NCBI GenBank assembly: GCA_945878755.1 | Contig: CAMDWM010000002.1 | Span: forward strand, 75 to 64,074 | Length of the DNA: 64,000 nucleotides | Source of the DNA: Akkermansia muciniphila | GTDB taxonomy: Bacteria > Verrucomicrobiota > Verrucomicrobiia > Opitutales > UBA953 | Reading direction: 5' to 3' | Shown here: piece by piece, positions 40,820 to 49,634 of the stretch | How the letters are laid out: the number at the start of each line of letters is the position of its first letter | Position numbering within the stretch: the first letter of the stretch is position 1 | Notes under the pieces: generated by a model | Told to the model about the DNA's origin: nothing | What the model saw: only the letters and a program-made list of their open reading frames with translations | Databases searched by the model: none | Position numbers and translations under genes: made by a program

Positions 40820-40920
40820 AAGGGGCTAGGCTGACCACGGCACACGGGGAACCAGACTGCCGTTGCTTCCTTCCGGACCTGGCGGGATTCGTCGGCACCC
40901 ATTGCATGGGGCCTAGCTTG
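40820..40920 (-). ncRNA. ffs: Signal recognition particle RNA, small (4.5S) type
   Basis: The reverse complement contains CCAGGUCCGGAAGGAAGCAAC, almost identical to the universally conserved helix-8 core of E. coli 4.5S RNA (CAGGUCCGGAAGGAAGCAGC). CGUGUGCCG occurs on the 3' strand as in E. coli. The ends close by GCUAGGC/GCCUAGC (40917-40911 with 40831-40825), giving a ~93-nt hairpin. Boundaries are accurate to about 5 nt. Confidence 0.8.
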
Positions 40921-40988
40921 CATCTTTGATGAGTGACCAATCGGCTCTTTTCAACCCCCAAGTTCCTCTCTAATTATCCCCTTTCCCG

Positions 40989-43712
40989 ATGGCCGAAATT
41001 CCCAAGTCCTACGACCCCCAAGGGGTCGAACAACAATGGTACGACCGCTGGGTCGCCGCAGGCTGCTTTGCCGGCAAGGTCGACCCAAGCCGTCAGTCAT
41101 TTGCGGTCATGATTCCGCCACCCAATGTGACTGGCGTGCTGCACATGGGGCACCTCCTGAATAATACCTTACAGGACATCATGGTGCGCCGCGCGCGCCA
41201 AGAGGGTAAATCCGCCCTCTGGCTCCCGGGCACTGACCACGCTGGTATCGCCACGCAGTCGCGCGTCGAAAAAGATCTCCGTCAAAACCATGGCAAGACC
41301 CGTCACGACCTTGGTCGCGAGAAGTTCATTGAGGTCGCTTCCGAATGGCGCGACAAGCACGGCGGTATCATCCTAAACCAGCTCCGTAAGCTCGGCGCCT
41401 CGTGTGACTGGGATCGCAAGGTACACACGCTGGATGCTGGTTACTCGGAGGCGGTCTTGCAGGCTTTCGTCACGCTCTACGAGCGAGGCTATGTCTATCG
41501 CGGCAAACGGATGGTTAACTGGTGCCCAGTATCGCAGACGGGCCTCTCTGATGAAGAAGTAATCATGAAGCCCTCCAAGGGCTTCTTGTTCAAGATGCGC
41601 TACGAAGTCGTGGAACAGCCCGGGACATTCCTGGAGATTTCCACCACCCGCCCCGAGACCATCCCGGGCGACACGGGTGTCGCCGTCCACCCGGAAGACG
41701 AACGCTACAAACATCTCATCGGACTACACGTCTGGCGCCCCTTCCCGCGGGCCCAAATCCTGATTGTCGGCGACACTGCCGTTGAGCGCGAATTCGGTAC
41801 GGGAGTCCTCAAGGTGACCCCGGCTCATGACCGCACGGACTTCGATATCGGCAAGCGTCATGGCCTTACCGTGCTCGATGTCATGAACCCGGACGGCACG
41901 ATGAACGCCGATGCGGGGCCCTTGGCTGGCATGGAACGATTCAAGGCCCGTGACGCCGCCGCCAAACTGCTCGAAGAGCTCGGCGCCCTCGTCAAGATTG
42001 AGCCTTATGAGAACACGGTAGGTTTCTCCGAACGGGCCGACGTGCCCATCGAACCTCGCCTCAGCGAACAGTGGTTCATCCACTACCCCAAGATTGAAGA
42101 AGCCAAGCGCGCCGTCACCACGGGTATCATCAAGTTCCACCCCGAACGCTGGACGAAGACTTACCTCCACTGGCTCGAAAATATCCAAGACTGGTGCGTC
42201 AGCCGTCAGCTCTGGTGGGGCCATCGCATCCCCGTGTGGTACCGTAAGGGTGCCGACCGTAATGAGGCCGCCAACCGTCACGTCTCCCTCACCCCGCCGG
42301 CCGACCCACAGAACTGGGAACAGGACCCGGATGTCCTCGATACCTGGGCCTCCTCTTGGCTCTGGTGCCTTGCGACTATTGGCTGGCGCAAGCCCGGTGA
42401 GACGACCCCTGAACTCCAGCATTGGTACCCCACGGGTGCGATCGCTACGGGTCCGGATATCATCTTCTTATGGGTCGCCCGCATGATCATCGCGGGCCTT
42501 GAACTGCACGGTCCCGAGAAGAAGACTCTGACTGACGACGAGATCCGCCAGCGTATCCCGTTCAAGCGCGTCTACTTTAACGGCATCATCCGCGATAAGC
42601 AGGGCCGCAAGATGTCAAAGTCCTTGGGCAACTCCCCCGAGCCGCTCGACCTCATCGCCAAGTTCGGTGCCGACGGCCTGCGCTTCGGTCTACTGACGAT
42701 TGCGCCGAAGGGACAGGACATCCTCTTCGACGAAGATCGCGTCTCCCAAGGACGAAACTTCTGTAACAAACTCTGGAACGCCGCGCGCTTCCGACAGATG
42801 TCGGGCCCGATGTTTGACAACAGTACCCTACCCGCCATCGCTGCGCGGCTCAAACCAGCACAACTGGACGACGACGACTTCGCCATCCTCCATGGCTTGG
42901 CTGAACTCACGGATGCCACGACCCAACGCCTCGAGGAGCATGAGTTTACCGCTTATTCGCAGGGACTTTATACCTTCTTCTGGGGGGACTTCTGCGACTG
43001 GTATGTCGAGGCCTCGAAGGCCCGCTTGGCCGACCCGGCCTTGCGCGACACTTGTTTGGCCGTTCAGGACCTCGTGCTCCGTCAGTTCCTATTGATGCTG
43101 CACCCGATTGCCCCGTTCATCACCGAAGAACTCTGGCACCTGCTGGGTTATGGTACCGAAAAGGATTTCATTCAGGACCATGGTACCGGTACGGGCGGTG
43201 ATTTACTGCGCGTTCTCCGCGAGCATGGGGTGAAGATGATGACCTCCAAGGTTGCCGATGTCGGCCTGCTCCGTGAGTTTGTCGCTGCTGTTCGCGCGAT
43301 GAAATCTCAAGCCAACCAAGCCAACAAACGCGATAGCGTCATCACGGTCATCGCCAAAGATGCTTCGGCTAAGGCTTTGCTTGAGCATAACCGCGATAAG
43401 GTCAGCCGCTTGGCGGGTCTCGCTGAATTGAACTACAGCACCGATGCTGGCGGTCGCCCCGGCACGGTTACCCCGGTGGGTGTTGTTCTGCTTGAAGTCG
43501 GCGATAACTTAGACGTCGGCGCCGAGAAGGTACGGCTCGCTAAGGAAATCGAGAAGATCGAAAAGGCGGTGGCCGCTGGCGATGCCAAACTCTCCAACGA
43601 AACGTTCGTCTCGAAGGCGCCCCCGCAGATTCTTGAAGGCGCCCGGAAGCAACTCACCGAAGCCCAGGCAAAGCGCGATGAACTCGTGCGCATGCTAGCT
43701 TCTCTCGGTTGA
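40989..43712 (+). CDS. valS: Valine--tRNA ligase
   Basis: 907 aa. HIGH motif LHMGHLLN and KMSKS motif RKMSKSLGN. C-terminal coiled coil. Confidence 0.95.
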   Translation: MAEIPKSYDPQGVEQQWYDRWVAAGCFAGKVDPSRQSFAVMIPPPNVTGVLHMGHLLNNTLQDIMVRRARQEGKSALWLPGTDHAGIATQSRVEKDLRQNHGKTRHDLGREKFIEVASEWRDKHGGIILNQLRKLGASCDWDRKVHTLDAGYSEAVLQAFVTLYERGYVYRGKRMVNWCPVSQTGLSDEEVIMKPSKGFLFKMRYEVVEQPGTFLEISTTRPETIPGDTGVAVHPEDERYKHLIGLHVWRPFPRAQILIVGDTAVEREFGTGVLKVTPAHDRTDFDIGKRHGLTVLDVMNPDGTMNADAGPLAGMERFKARDAAAKLLEELGALVKIEPYENTVGFSERADVPIEPRLSEQWFIHYPKIEEAKRAVTTGIIKFHPERWTKTYLHWLENIQDWCVSRQLWWGHRIPVWYRKGADRNEAANRHVSLTPPADPQNWEQDPDVLDTWASSWLWCLATIGWRKPGETTPELQHWYPTGAIATGPDIIFLWVARMIIAGLELHGPEKKTLTDDEIRQRIPFKRVYFNGIIRDKQGRKMSKSLGNSPEPLDLIAKFGADGLRFGLLTIAPKGQDILFDEDRVSQGRNFCNKLWNAARFRQMSGPMFDNSTLPAIAARLKPAQLDDDDFAILHGLAELTDATTQRLEEHEFTAYSQGLYTFFWGDFCDWYVEASKARLADPALRDTCLAVQDLVLRQFLLMLHPIAPFITEELWHLLGYGTEKDFIQDHGTGTGGDLLRVLREHGVKMMTSKVADVGLLREFVAAVRAMKSQANQANKRDSVITVIAKDASAKALLEHNRDKVSRLAGLAELNYSTDAGGRPGTVTPVGVVLLEVGDNLDVGAEKVRLAKEIEKIEKAVAAGDAKLSNETFVSKAPPQILEGARKQLTEAQAKRDELVRMLASLG

Positions 43713-44452
43713 TGTCCAAGGTCATCGTGCATGCTGACAAGGCTACCGCTGCCAAGGCCGTCGCGGCCACTATCCGCGCCCTCATTACTGCTAAGGCCAA
43801 GGCTGGCCAGGCCGCGGTCTTGGGCTTAGCCACTGGCTCAACGCCCCTCCCCTTGTATGTGGAATTAGTCCGCCTACATCGCGAAGAAGGCCTTAGTTTT
43901 AGTAACGTCGTTAGCTTCAATCTCGACGAGTATGAAGGCCTTTCCGGCGACCATCCGCAGTCCTACCGTTACTTTATGGAGCAGAACCTCTTTCGCTTCA
44001 TCGATATCCGCCACGAAAACACGCACGTCCCGGCTGGTATCAGTGCGGACACTACCCGCACCTGCGCCGACTACGAAGCTGCGATTCGCACGGTCGGCGG
44101 GATTGACCTACAGGTCTTGGGCGTCGGCCGCACGGGCCACATCGGCTTTAACGAACCCCCTTCGGCCCGCGATTCGCGTACGCGGCGAGTGCGCCTCGAC
44201 GAGGTCACCCGTCGCGATAATTCCGTCTTCTTCGGCGAGCTGAGCCTCGTACCGCAGGGTGCGCTCACCATGGGCGTGGGGACCATCATGGACTGCCGCC
44301 AAGTCGAGTTACTGGCTTTTGGGACGGGCAAGGCGGAGATTATTCGCAAGACCCTCCGAACCTCGCCTTCGGCCGACTGCCCGGCCAGCTGGCTCCAAAG
44401 CCACGCGCACTGCACGTTCCATCTCGACCCCGCCGCCAACGCTTCACTCTAA
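43712..44452 (+). CDS. nagB: Glucosamine-6-phosphate deaminase
   Basis: 246 aa counted from the ATG at 43712 (TGATG overlap with valS). Contains LGLATGSTP, FNLDEY and GVGRTGHIGFNEP. Confidence 0.9.
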   Translation: MSKVIVHADKATAAKAVAATIRALITAKAKAGQAAVLGLATGSTPLPLYVELVRLHREEGLSFSNVVSFNLDEYEGLSGDHPQSYRYFMEQNLFRFIDIRHENTHVPAGISADTTRTCADYEAAIRTVGGIDLQVLGVGRTGHIGFNEPPSARDSRTRRVRLDEVTRRDNSVFFGELSLVPQGALTMGVGTIMDCRQVELLAFGTGKAEIIRKTLRTSPSADCPASWLQSHAHCTFHLDPAANASL

Positions 44453-44466
44453 GCCGACTGTTCAGG

Positions 44467-45849
44467 ATGCAAATCTCACCCCGTTATACCTCCTCGATCG
44501 ATCCGGGCTTCGTACCCGCTTCGCTTTGGACCAAGGAATTTGGCAAACTCTGCCAACATACGCCGGGTAGCTCGATTCTTGCGATTGGTCTATCGCGACC
44601 CGATGGCACGGCCTCGGTCTTCCGGACGATGCTCCTGCCAGCCAGTTCCACGAACGACGCGGACAACCTGCTGCACGTTGAGCGTACCGTAAAGTTCCTG
44701 CTCTGGGCTCGCAGCGGTAACCTGGTCTGGCTGTCTGGCGAGCAAGCCCCCGCCTTGGCCAAGGTGTTACAGGCCATGTATGCCTCCGGTGGCGTCCGCG
44801 CCTTCGACGCAGACTTTGCACGCAAGCTCTTCGAACTTCCGCTGACCTTCCGTGCGGTTGCCGAACAAGATCTGCCGGCTGAAAGCACTTCTCACCTCCC
44901 CCTCGGTCGTAACCTCGGAGGTTGCCGCATTGGCTTCGACCTCGGCGGATCCGACCGGAAGTGCGCGGCCGTCATTGATGGTAAAGTGGTCTTCTCCGAG
45001 GAAGTGAAATGGGACCCCTATTTCCAGCCGGACCCTACCTACCATCTCGAGGGCATCCGCCACTCCCTGCAGAATGCCGCCGATCACCTGCCGCGCGTCG
45101 ATGCTATCGGTGGCTCCGCGGCGGGCGTTTACATCAACAATAAAGTGCGCGTTGCCTCGCTCTTTCGCGGCGTGACTGATTCAGCGCTCTTCGAGGCTAA
45201 GGTTAAGGATATGTTCCTGGATCTTGCAAAGGAGTGGAAGGTACCGTTCGAAGTTCTTAACGATGGGGACGTCACGGCGCTCGCTGCTTCGATGTCGCTG
45301 AACCGCAACGCCGTTCTTGGTATTGCCATGGGCACCAGCGTTGCCGCTGGCTTTGTCGACCCCAAGGGCAACCTCACTAACTGGCTCAGCGAGCTCGCTT
45401 TCGTCCCGGTCGATTATCGTGTCAACGGACCGATCGACGAATGGTCCGGCGACCTCGGTTGCGGCGTGCAATACTTTAGCCAGCAGGGCGTGGGGCGATT
45501 GCTCCCCCTCGCTGGTATCCATCTGCCTGGTTCCATGCGCCTCCCTGAGCAACTGGAAGAACTACAGAAACTCATGCTGGCCGGTGATGCTCGTGCCCTG
45601 AAGGTCTACGAGGCCATCGGGATTGCTTTGGGCTATGCGAGTGCGCACTTCGCCAGCTTCTACGACATTCAGTGCCTCCTGATCATGGGTCGCGTGACTT
45701 CTGGTCAGGGTGGTGACGTCATAATTGACCGAGCTCGGTCAGTACTGGCCGATGAATTCCCCGAACTTCACATCGACCTCGTCGTGCCTTCCGAGAAGGA
45801 TAAGCGCCACGGTCAAGCCGTCGCCGCCGCCTCCCTGCCCCCTCTCTGA
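44467..45849 (+). CDS. ASKHA-fold (ROK-like) sugar kinase with a ~150-aa N-terminal extension
   Basis: 460 aa. Phosphate-1 motif IGFDLGGSD. LNDGDVTALA and GIAMGTSVAAG resemble ROK / polyphosphate-glucokinase motifs. I find no CxCGxxGC zinc motif. Confidence 0.5.
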   Translation: MQISPRYTSSIDPGFVPASLWTKEFGKLCQHTPGSSILAIGLSRPDGTASVFRTMLLPASSTNDADNLLHVERTVKFLLWARSGNLVWLSGEQAPALAKVLQAMYASGGVRAFDADFARKLFELPLTFRAVAEQDLPAESTSHLPLGRNLGGCRIGFDLGGSDRKCAAVIDGKVVFSEEVKWDPYFQPDPTYHLEGIRHSLQNAADHLPRVDAIGGSAAGVYINNKVRVASLFRGVTDSALFEAKVKDMFLDLAKEWKVPFEVLNDGDVTALAASMSLNRNAVLGIAMGTSVAAGFVDPKGNLTNWLSELAFVPVDYRVNGPIDEWSGDLGCGVQYFSQQGVGRLLPLAGIHLPGSMRLPEQLEELQKLMLAGDARALKVYEAIGIALGYASAHFASFYDIQCLLIMGRVTSGQGGDVIIDRARSVLADEFPELHIDLVVPSEKDKRHGQAVAAASLPPL

Positions 45850-45850
45850 C

Positions 45851-46696
45851 ATGAAGCTCAACCCTAAGGCTAACTTGCTCATCCCTGACCAGCAGACTGG
45901 TCCGGTGGTCTTCAGCCGTACGACCCATCTCGGGATTGGCGCTCACCAGGACGACCTCGAGTTCATGGCCTATGAAGGCATCCTTGCTTGCTACGGCCGC
46001 ATGGACCAGTGGTTCGGGGGCGTCATCATGACGGACGGCCGTAGTAGTTCGCGGAAGGGACCTTATGCCGATTGGACGGATGACCAAATGGCCGCCGAGC
46101 GCATCAAGGAACAACACCAAGCGGCCATTATCGGTCAGTATTCGTTTATCGCCCAACTCGGCTACCTATCTAAGGAAGTTCGGCCCGCTAATGAACCTTC
46201 CGTCGTCGCCGACTTGCTCGCCATCTTAATGGCCGCCCAACCGGAAGTCGTCTACCTTCACAATCCAGCGGATAAGCACGACACCCATGTGGCCTGCCTG
46301 CTGCGTTGTATTGAAGCCCTGCGGGCAATGCCGGCCGAACTTCGCCCCAAGAAGGTTCTTGGTTGTGAGGTCTGGCGGGGACTCGATTGGATGCTCGACG
46401 CCGAAAAACTACCGATGGCCGTCTCCGCCCGTCCCGAACTGGCCAATGCCCTCAACGAGGTCTTCGCCACGCAAATCGTGGGCGGCAAGCGCTACGACCT
46501 CGCGGTCCTCAGCCGACGAATTGCGAATGCCACTTTCCACGACGCCCATGCATCCGACCAAGAGACTTCACTCCAGTGGGCTCTCGATCTGACTCCGCTG
46601 ATCAATGATCACCAGCTCGACGTCATCGAATACACCCTGGGGTTTGTCGAACGTCTGAAGCATGACATCGCTGACCGCCTAAAGCGCGCGCTCTAA
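45851..46696 (+). CDS. PIG-L/LmbE-family N-acetyl-sugar deacetylase
   Basis: Start at the ATG 1 nt after the upstream stop (281 aa). Zinc-site motifs GAHQDDLEF and HNPADKHDTH. Confidence 0.7.
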   Translation: MKLNPKANLLIPDQQTGPVVFSRTTHLGIGAHQDDLEFMAYEGILACYGRMDQWFGGVIMTDGRSSSRKGPYADWTDDQMAAERIKEQHQAAIIGQYSFIAQLGYLSKEVRPANEPSVVADLLAILMAAQPEVVYLHNPADKHDTHVACLLRCIEALRAMPAELRPKKVLGCEVWRGLDWMLDAEKLPMAVSARPELANALNEVFATQIVGGKRYDLAVLSRRIANATFHDAHASDQETSLQWALDLTPLINDHQLDVIEYTLGFVERLKHDIADRLKRAL

Positions 46697-47602
46697 ATGA
46701 AGCCCACCCTCCTTGTTCTCGCCGCTGGTATGGGCAGCCGATACGGTGGCCTTAAGCAGATCGACCCGATGGGTCCGTCCGGTGAAACCATTCTTGACTA
46801 CTCGGTCTTCGATGCGATTCGCGCGGGCTTCGGCAAGGTAGTCTTCATCATTCGTCCAGACTTTGAGCAAGATTTCCGCGAACGTATCGCGGCCAAATTC
46901 GCTGACAAAATTGAGGTTGGCTTCGCGTTTCAGACTTTAGATCGGTTACCTCAAGGGTTTGTCGTTCCCGCTGGCCGGGAAAAGCCTTGGGGCACCACCC
47001 ACGCAATCCTCTGCGCCCGGGATGCCGTCCACACCCCCTTCGCCGTCATCAATGCGGATGACTTCTACGGTCGAGATTCCTATGCGACTCTCGGTCAGTA
47101 CTTGGCGGGCCTCCAGAACAGCGAACTCACCTACGCCATGGTTGGGTTTACCTTGAAGAATACCCTCTCCGATCACGGTACGGTTGCGCGGGGCGTCTGC
47201 CAAGCCGACAGCCAAGGCCTGCTGACCGACATCCAGGAACTCACCAAAATCGCGAAGACTGCAACCGGCGCCGAGAATCGCAACGAGGACGGCATCGTCA
47301 CCCAGCTGAATGGCGAAGAGCCGGTCTCGATGAACATGTGGGGCTTCACGCCGAGCATCTTTCCGCTATTAGAAAAAGACTTCGGCACTTTCCTACAGGC
47401 CAAGGGGCAAGAGCTGAAGAGCGAGTCCTACATTCCAATAGCTGTTGGTAACCTCGTAAAGAGTCAGCAGGCTACCTGCCGCATCCTCCGGACGACCGCT
47501 GCGTGGTTTGGCGTGACCTATCGCGAAGATAAGGCGATGGTCCAAGCCAGCATCCTTGAGCAGGTCCGCCAAGGCAACTACCCTACTTCCCTCTGGACCT
47601 AG
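46697..47602 (+). CDS. Sugar-phosphate nucleotidyltransferase (NTP_transferase fold)
   Basis: 301 aa. N-terminal LVLAAGMGSRYGGLKQ. The acetyltransferase beta-helix seen in GlmU is absent. Confidence 0.7.
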   Translation: MKPTLLVLAAGMGSRYGGLKQIDPMGPSGETILDYSVFDAIRAGFGKVVFIIRPDFEQDFRERIAAKFADKIEVGFAFQTLDRLPQGFVVPAGREKPWGTTHAILCARDAVHTPFAVINADDFYGRDSYATLGQYLAGLQNSELTYAMVGFTLKNTLSDHGTVARGVCQADSQGLLTDIQELTKIAKTATGAENRNEDGIVTQLNGEEPVSMNMWGFTPSIFPLLEKDFGTFLQAKGQELKSESYIPIAVGNLVKSQQATCRILRTTAAWFGVTYREDKAMVQASILEQVRQGNYPTSLWT

Positions 47603-47606
47603 TCTC

Positions 47607-48710
47607 ATGGCCACTTCCGTTTCTTACGACACCCGCGCTATCGCCGCCGCCTTCACCTTGCAGGGTGACTACGTCTCTGCGGAGCCCTACGGCAGTGGGC
47701 ATATCAATGACACCTTCGCGCTCGAGATGAGCCAAGGCGGTTGCCGTCTGCGCTACGTGCTGCAACGCATCAACCACCACATCTTTAAGAATCCCGATGG
47801 GCTGATGGAGAATGTCGAACGTGTCTGCCGCCACACCCAAGCGAAGTTGCAGGCCGCGGGGGCGGCCGATGCCTCGCGGCGAGCCTTGACGTTGGTCCCG
47901 ACAAAGGCCGGGCGTGGCTGGCACACTGACCCCGCCGGCAATCGCTGGCGCTGCTACGTCTTCGTCGAAGGCGCGACCGGCCACGATATCATCCGTAACG
48001 CCGATCAGGCTTACCAGGCGGCCAAGGCCTTTGGAGCCTTCCAAGCCCTCGTCGCGGACCTCCCCGGCGGTCGTCTGGTCGAGACTATCCCCCACTTCCA
48101 CCATACCCCTACCCGCTTCGCCAACTTCCAAGCGGCTTTGGCTAAGGATGCCCATGGCCGCGCCGCGCAAGCGCTACCCGAAATCGCCTTCGCTCTCGCC
48201 CGTGCCCACGACGTGGGCGTCATTGCCGACGCGATGGCTCGTGGGGACATCCCTGAGCGCGTAACGCATAATGACACCAAGCTCAACAACGTCCTCCTCG
48301 ACAACGCCACCCAAGAAGGCATCTGCGTAATCGACCTCGACACGGTCATGCCCGGTTCGGCCCTTTACGATTTCGGCGACATGGTCCGCACCTCGACTTC
48401 TCCGGCCGCCGAAGACGAGACCGACCTCTCCAAGGTCACGATGCAGTTGCCGATGTTCGAGGCTCTCGTGAAGGGTTACCTAACCACGGCTGGTGGCTTC
48501 CTGACCGCCCGCGAACGGGAACTACTCCCCTTCGCTGGCAAGTTAATCACCTTTGAGATTGGCCTCCGCTTCCTGACGGACTGGCTAGACGGAGACGTAT
48601 ACTTCAAAATCAAGAACCCGCAGCATAACCTCGACCGCTTGCGGACCCAATTCAAGCTCGTCGAATCCATTGAAGCCCAGTTGCCGGCCATGCAGGCACT
48701 CGTCCAATAA
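47607..48710 (+). CDS. APH-fold sugar anomeric kinase, N-acetylhexosamine 1-kinase (NahK)-like
   Basis: Start at MATSVSY (367 aa). Contains EPYGSGHINDTF, the catalytic loop RVTHNDTKLNNVLLD, IDLDTVMPGS and ELLPFAG. I recall these as matching Bifidobacterium NahK. Confidence 0.6.
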   Translation: MATSVSYDTRAIAAAFTLQGDYVSAEPYGSGHINDTFALEMSQGGCRLRYVLQRINHHIFKNPDGLMENVERVCRHTQAKLQAAGAADASRRALTLVPTKAGRGWHTDPAGNRWRCYVFVEGATGHDIIRNADQAYQAAKAFGAFQALVADLPGGRLVETIPHFHHTPTRFANFQAALAKDAHGRAAQALPEIAFALARAHDVGVIADAMARGDIPERVTHNDTKLNNVLLDNATQEGICVIDLDTVMPGSALYDFGDMVRTSTSPAAEDETDLSKVTMQLPMFEALVKGYLTTAGGFLTARERELLPFAGKLITFEIGLRFLTDWLDGDVYFKIKNPQHNLDRLRTQFKLVESIEAQLPAMQALVQ

Positions 48711-48713
48711 GCT

Positions 48714-49634
48714 ATGAAAGTCCTCGTCACCGGCGGTGCTGGCTTCATCGGTTCACACATTGTCGAACACTTCCAAGGCAAGGCCGAGGTTATCGTCCTC
48801 GATAATTTCCGCTCGGGGCACCGCCGCAACCTGGCAGGGCTCCAGCATACCCTGATCGAAGGTTCGATACTTGATCGTGCCCAGCTCGCCGAAGCCATGC
48901 GCGGCGTTGACCAAGTCTACCATTTAGCCGCCATGATTTCCGTACCGGAGTCTATGCTCAAGCCCCGTGAATGCGTGGACCTCAACACCACGGGCACTTT
49001 GCATGTCCTCGAGGCCGCCGAAGCCGCCCAGGTGCGCAAGGTCGTCCTCGCTTCTTCCGCCGCCGTCTACGGCGACAACCCGACCGTCCCCAAGGTCGAG
49101 ACCATGCTGCCGGAGCCCAAGTCGCCTTACGCTGTGACCAAGCTCGACGGTGAATATTACCTCGACCTCTTTCGCCGGGAACGCGGTTTAGCCACCACGA
49201 GTCTTCGCTTCTTTAATGTCTTTGGCCCGCGCCAAGACCCGAAGTCGCCCTACGCTGCCGCCGTCCCGATCTTCATCGAAAAGGCCGTCAAGGGCGAATC
49301 CATCGGCATCTTTGGCGACGGCGAACAGACCCGCGACTTCATCTATGTGAAGGACATTGTCGGGGCCCTCACCTTTGCGGCAAACAACCCGGACATGGGC
49401 GGAGTCTTTAATGTCGGCTACGGTCGCAAGATGACGGTTAAGTCGCTCGCGGAAGAGGTTATCCGCCTCACCGGTTCAACCTCCCTCATCGAGCACAAGC
49501 CCGAGCGCCCGGGCGACATCAAGCACTCGATGGCTTCCTCGGATAAACTGCAACAGGCGGGCTGGCAGCCGCGCCACAGCGTAGCCGAAGGGCTTGTGGC
49601 GACAGTCGCTTACTTCAAGTCGCTCAAGGCGTGA
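48714..49634 (+). CDS. Extended-SDR NAD-dependent epimerase (UDP-hexose / UDP-HexNAc 4-epimerase-like)
   Basis: 306 aa. Starts MKVLVTGGAGFIGSH. Catalytic motif SPYAVTK (YxxxK). RFFNVFGPRQ is present. Confidence 0.8.
   Translation: MKVLVTGGAGFIGSHIVEHFQGKAEVIVLDNFRSGHRRNLAGLQHTLIEGSILDRAQLAEAMRGVDQVYHLAAMISVPESMLKPRECVDLNTTGTLHVLEAAEAAQVRKVVLASSAAVYGDNPTVPKVETMLPEPKSPYAVTKLDGEYYLDLFRRERGLATTSLRFFNVFGPRQDPKSPYAAAVPIFIEKAVKGESIGIFGDGEQTRDFIYVKDIVGALTFAANNPDMGGVFNVGYGRKMTVKSLAEEVIRLTGSTSLIEHKPERPGDIKHSMASSDKLQQAGWQPRHSVAEGLVATVAYFKSLKA

Noticed and set aside
40770-40961. A 63-aa minus-strand ORF in the lpdA-valS spacer.
   Set aside because: It overlaps the SRP RNA hairpin almost exactly, and the RNA explanation is far better supported by the conserved helix-8 core.
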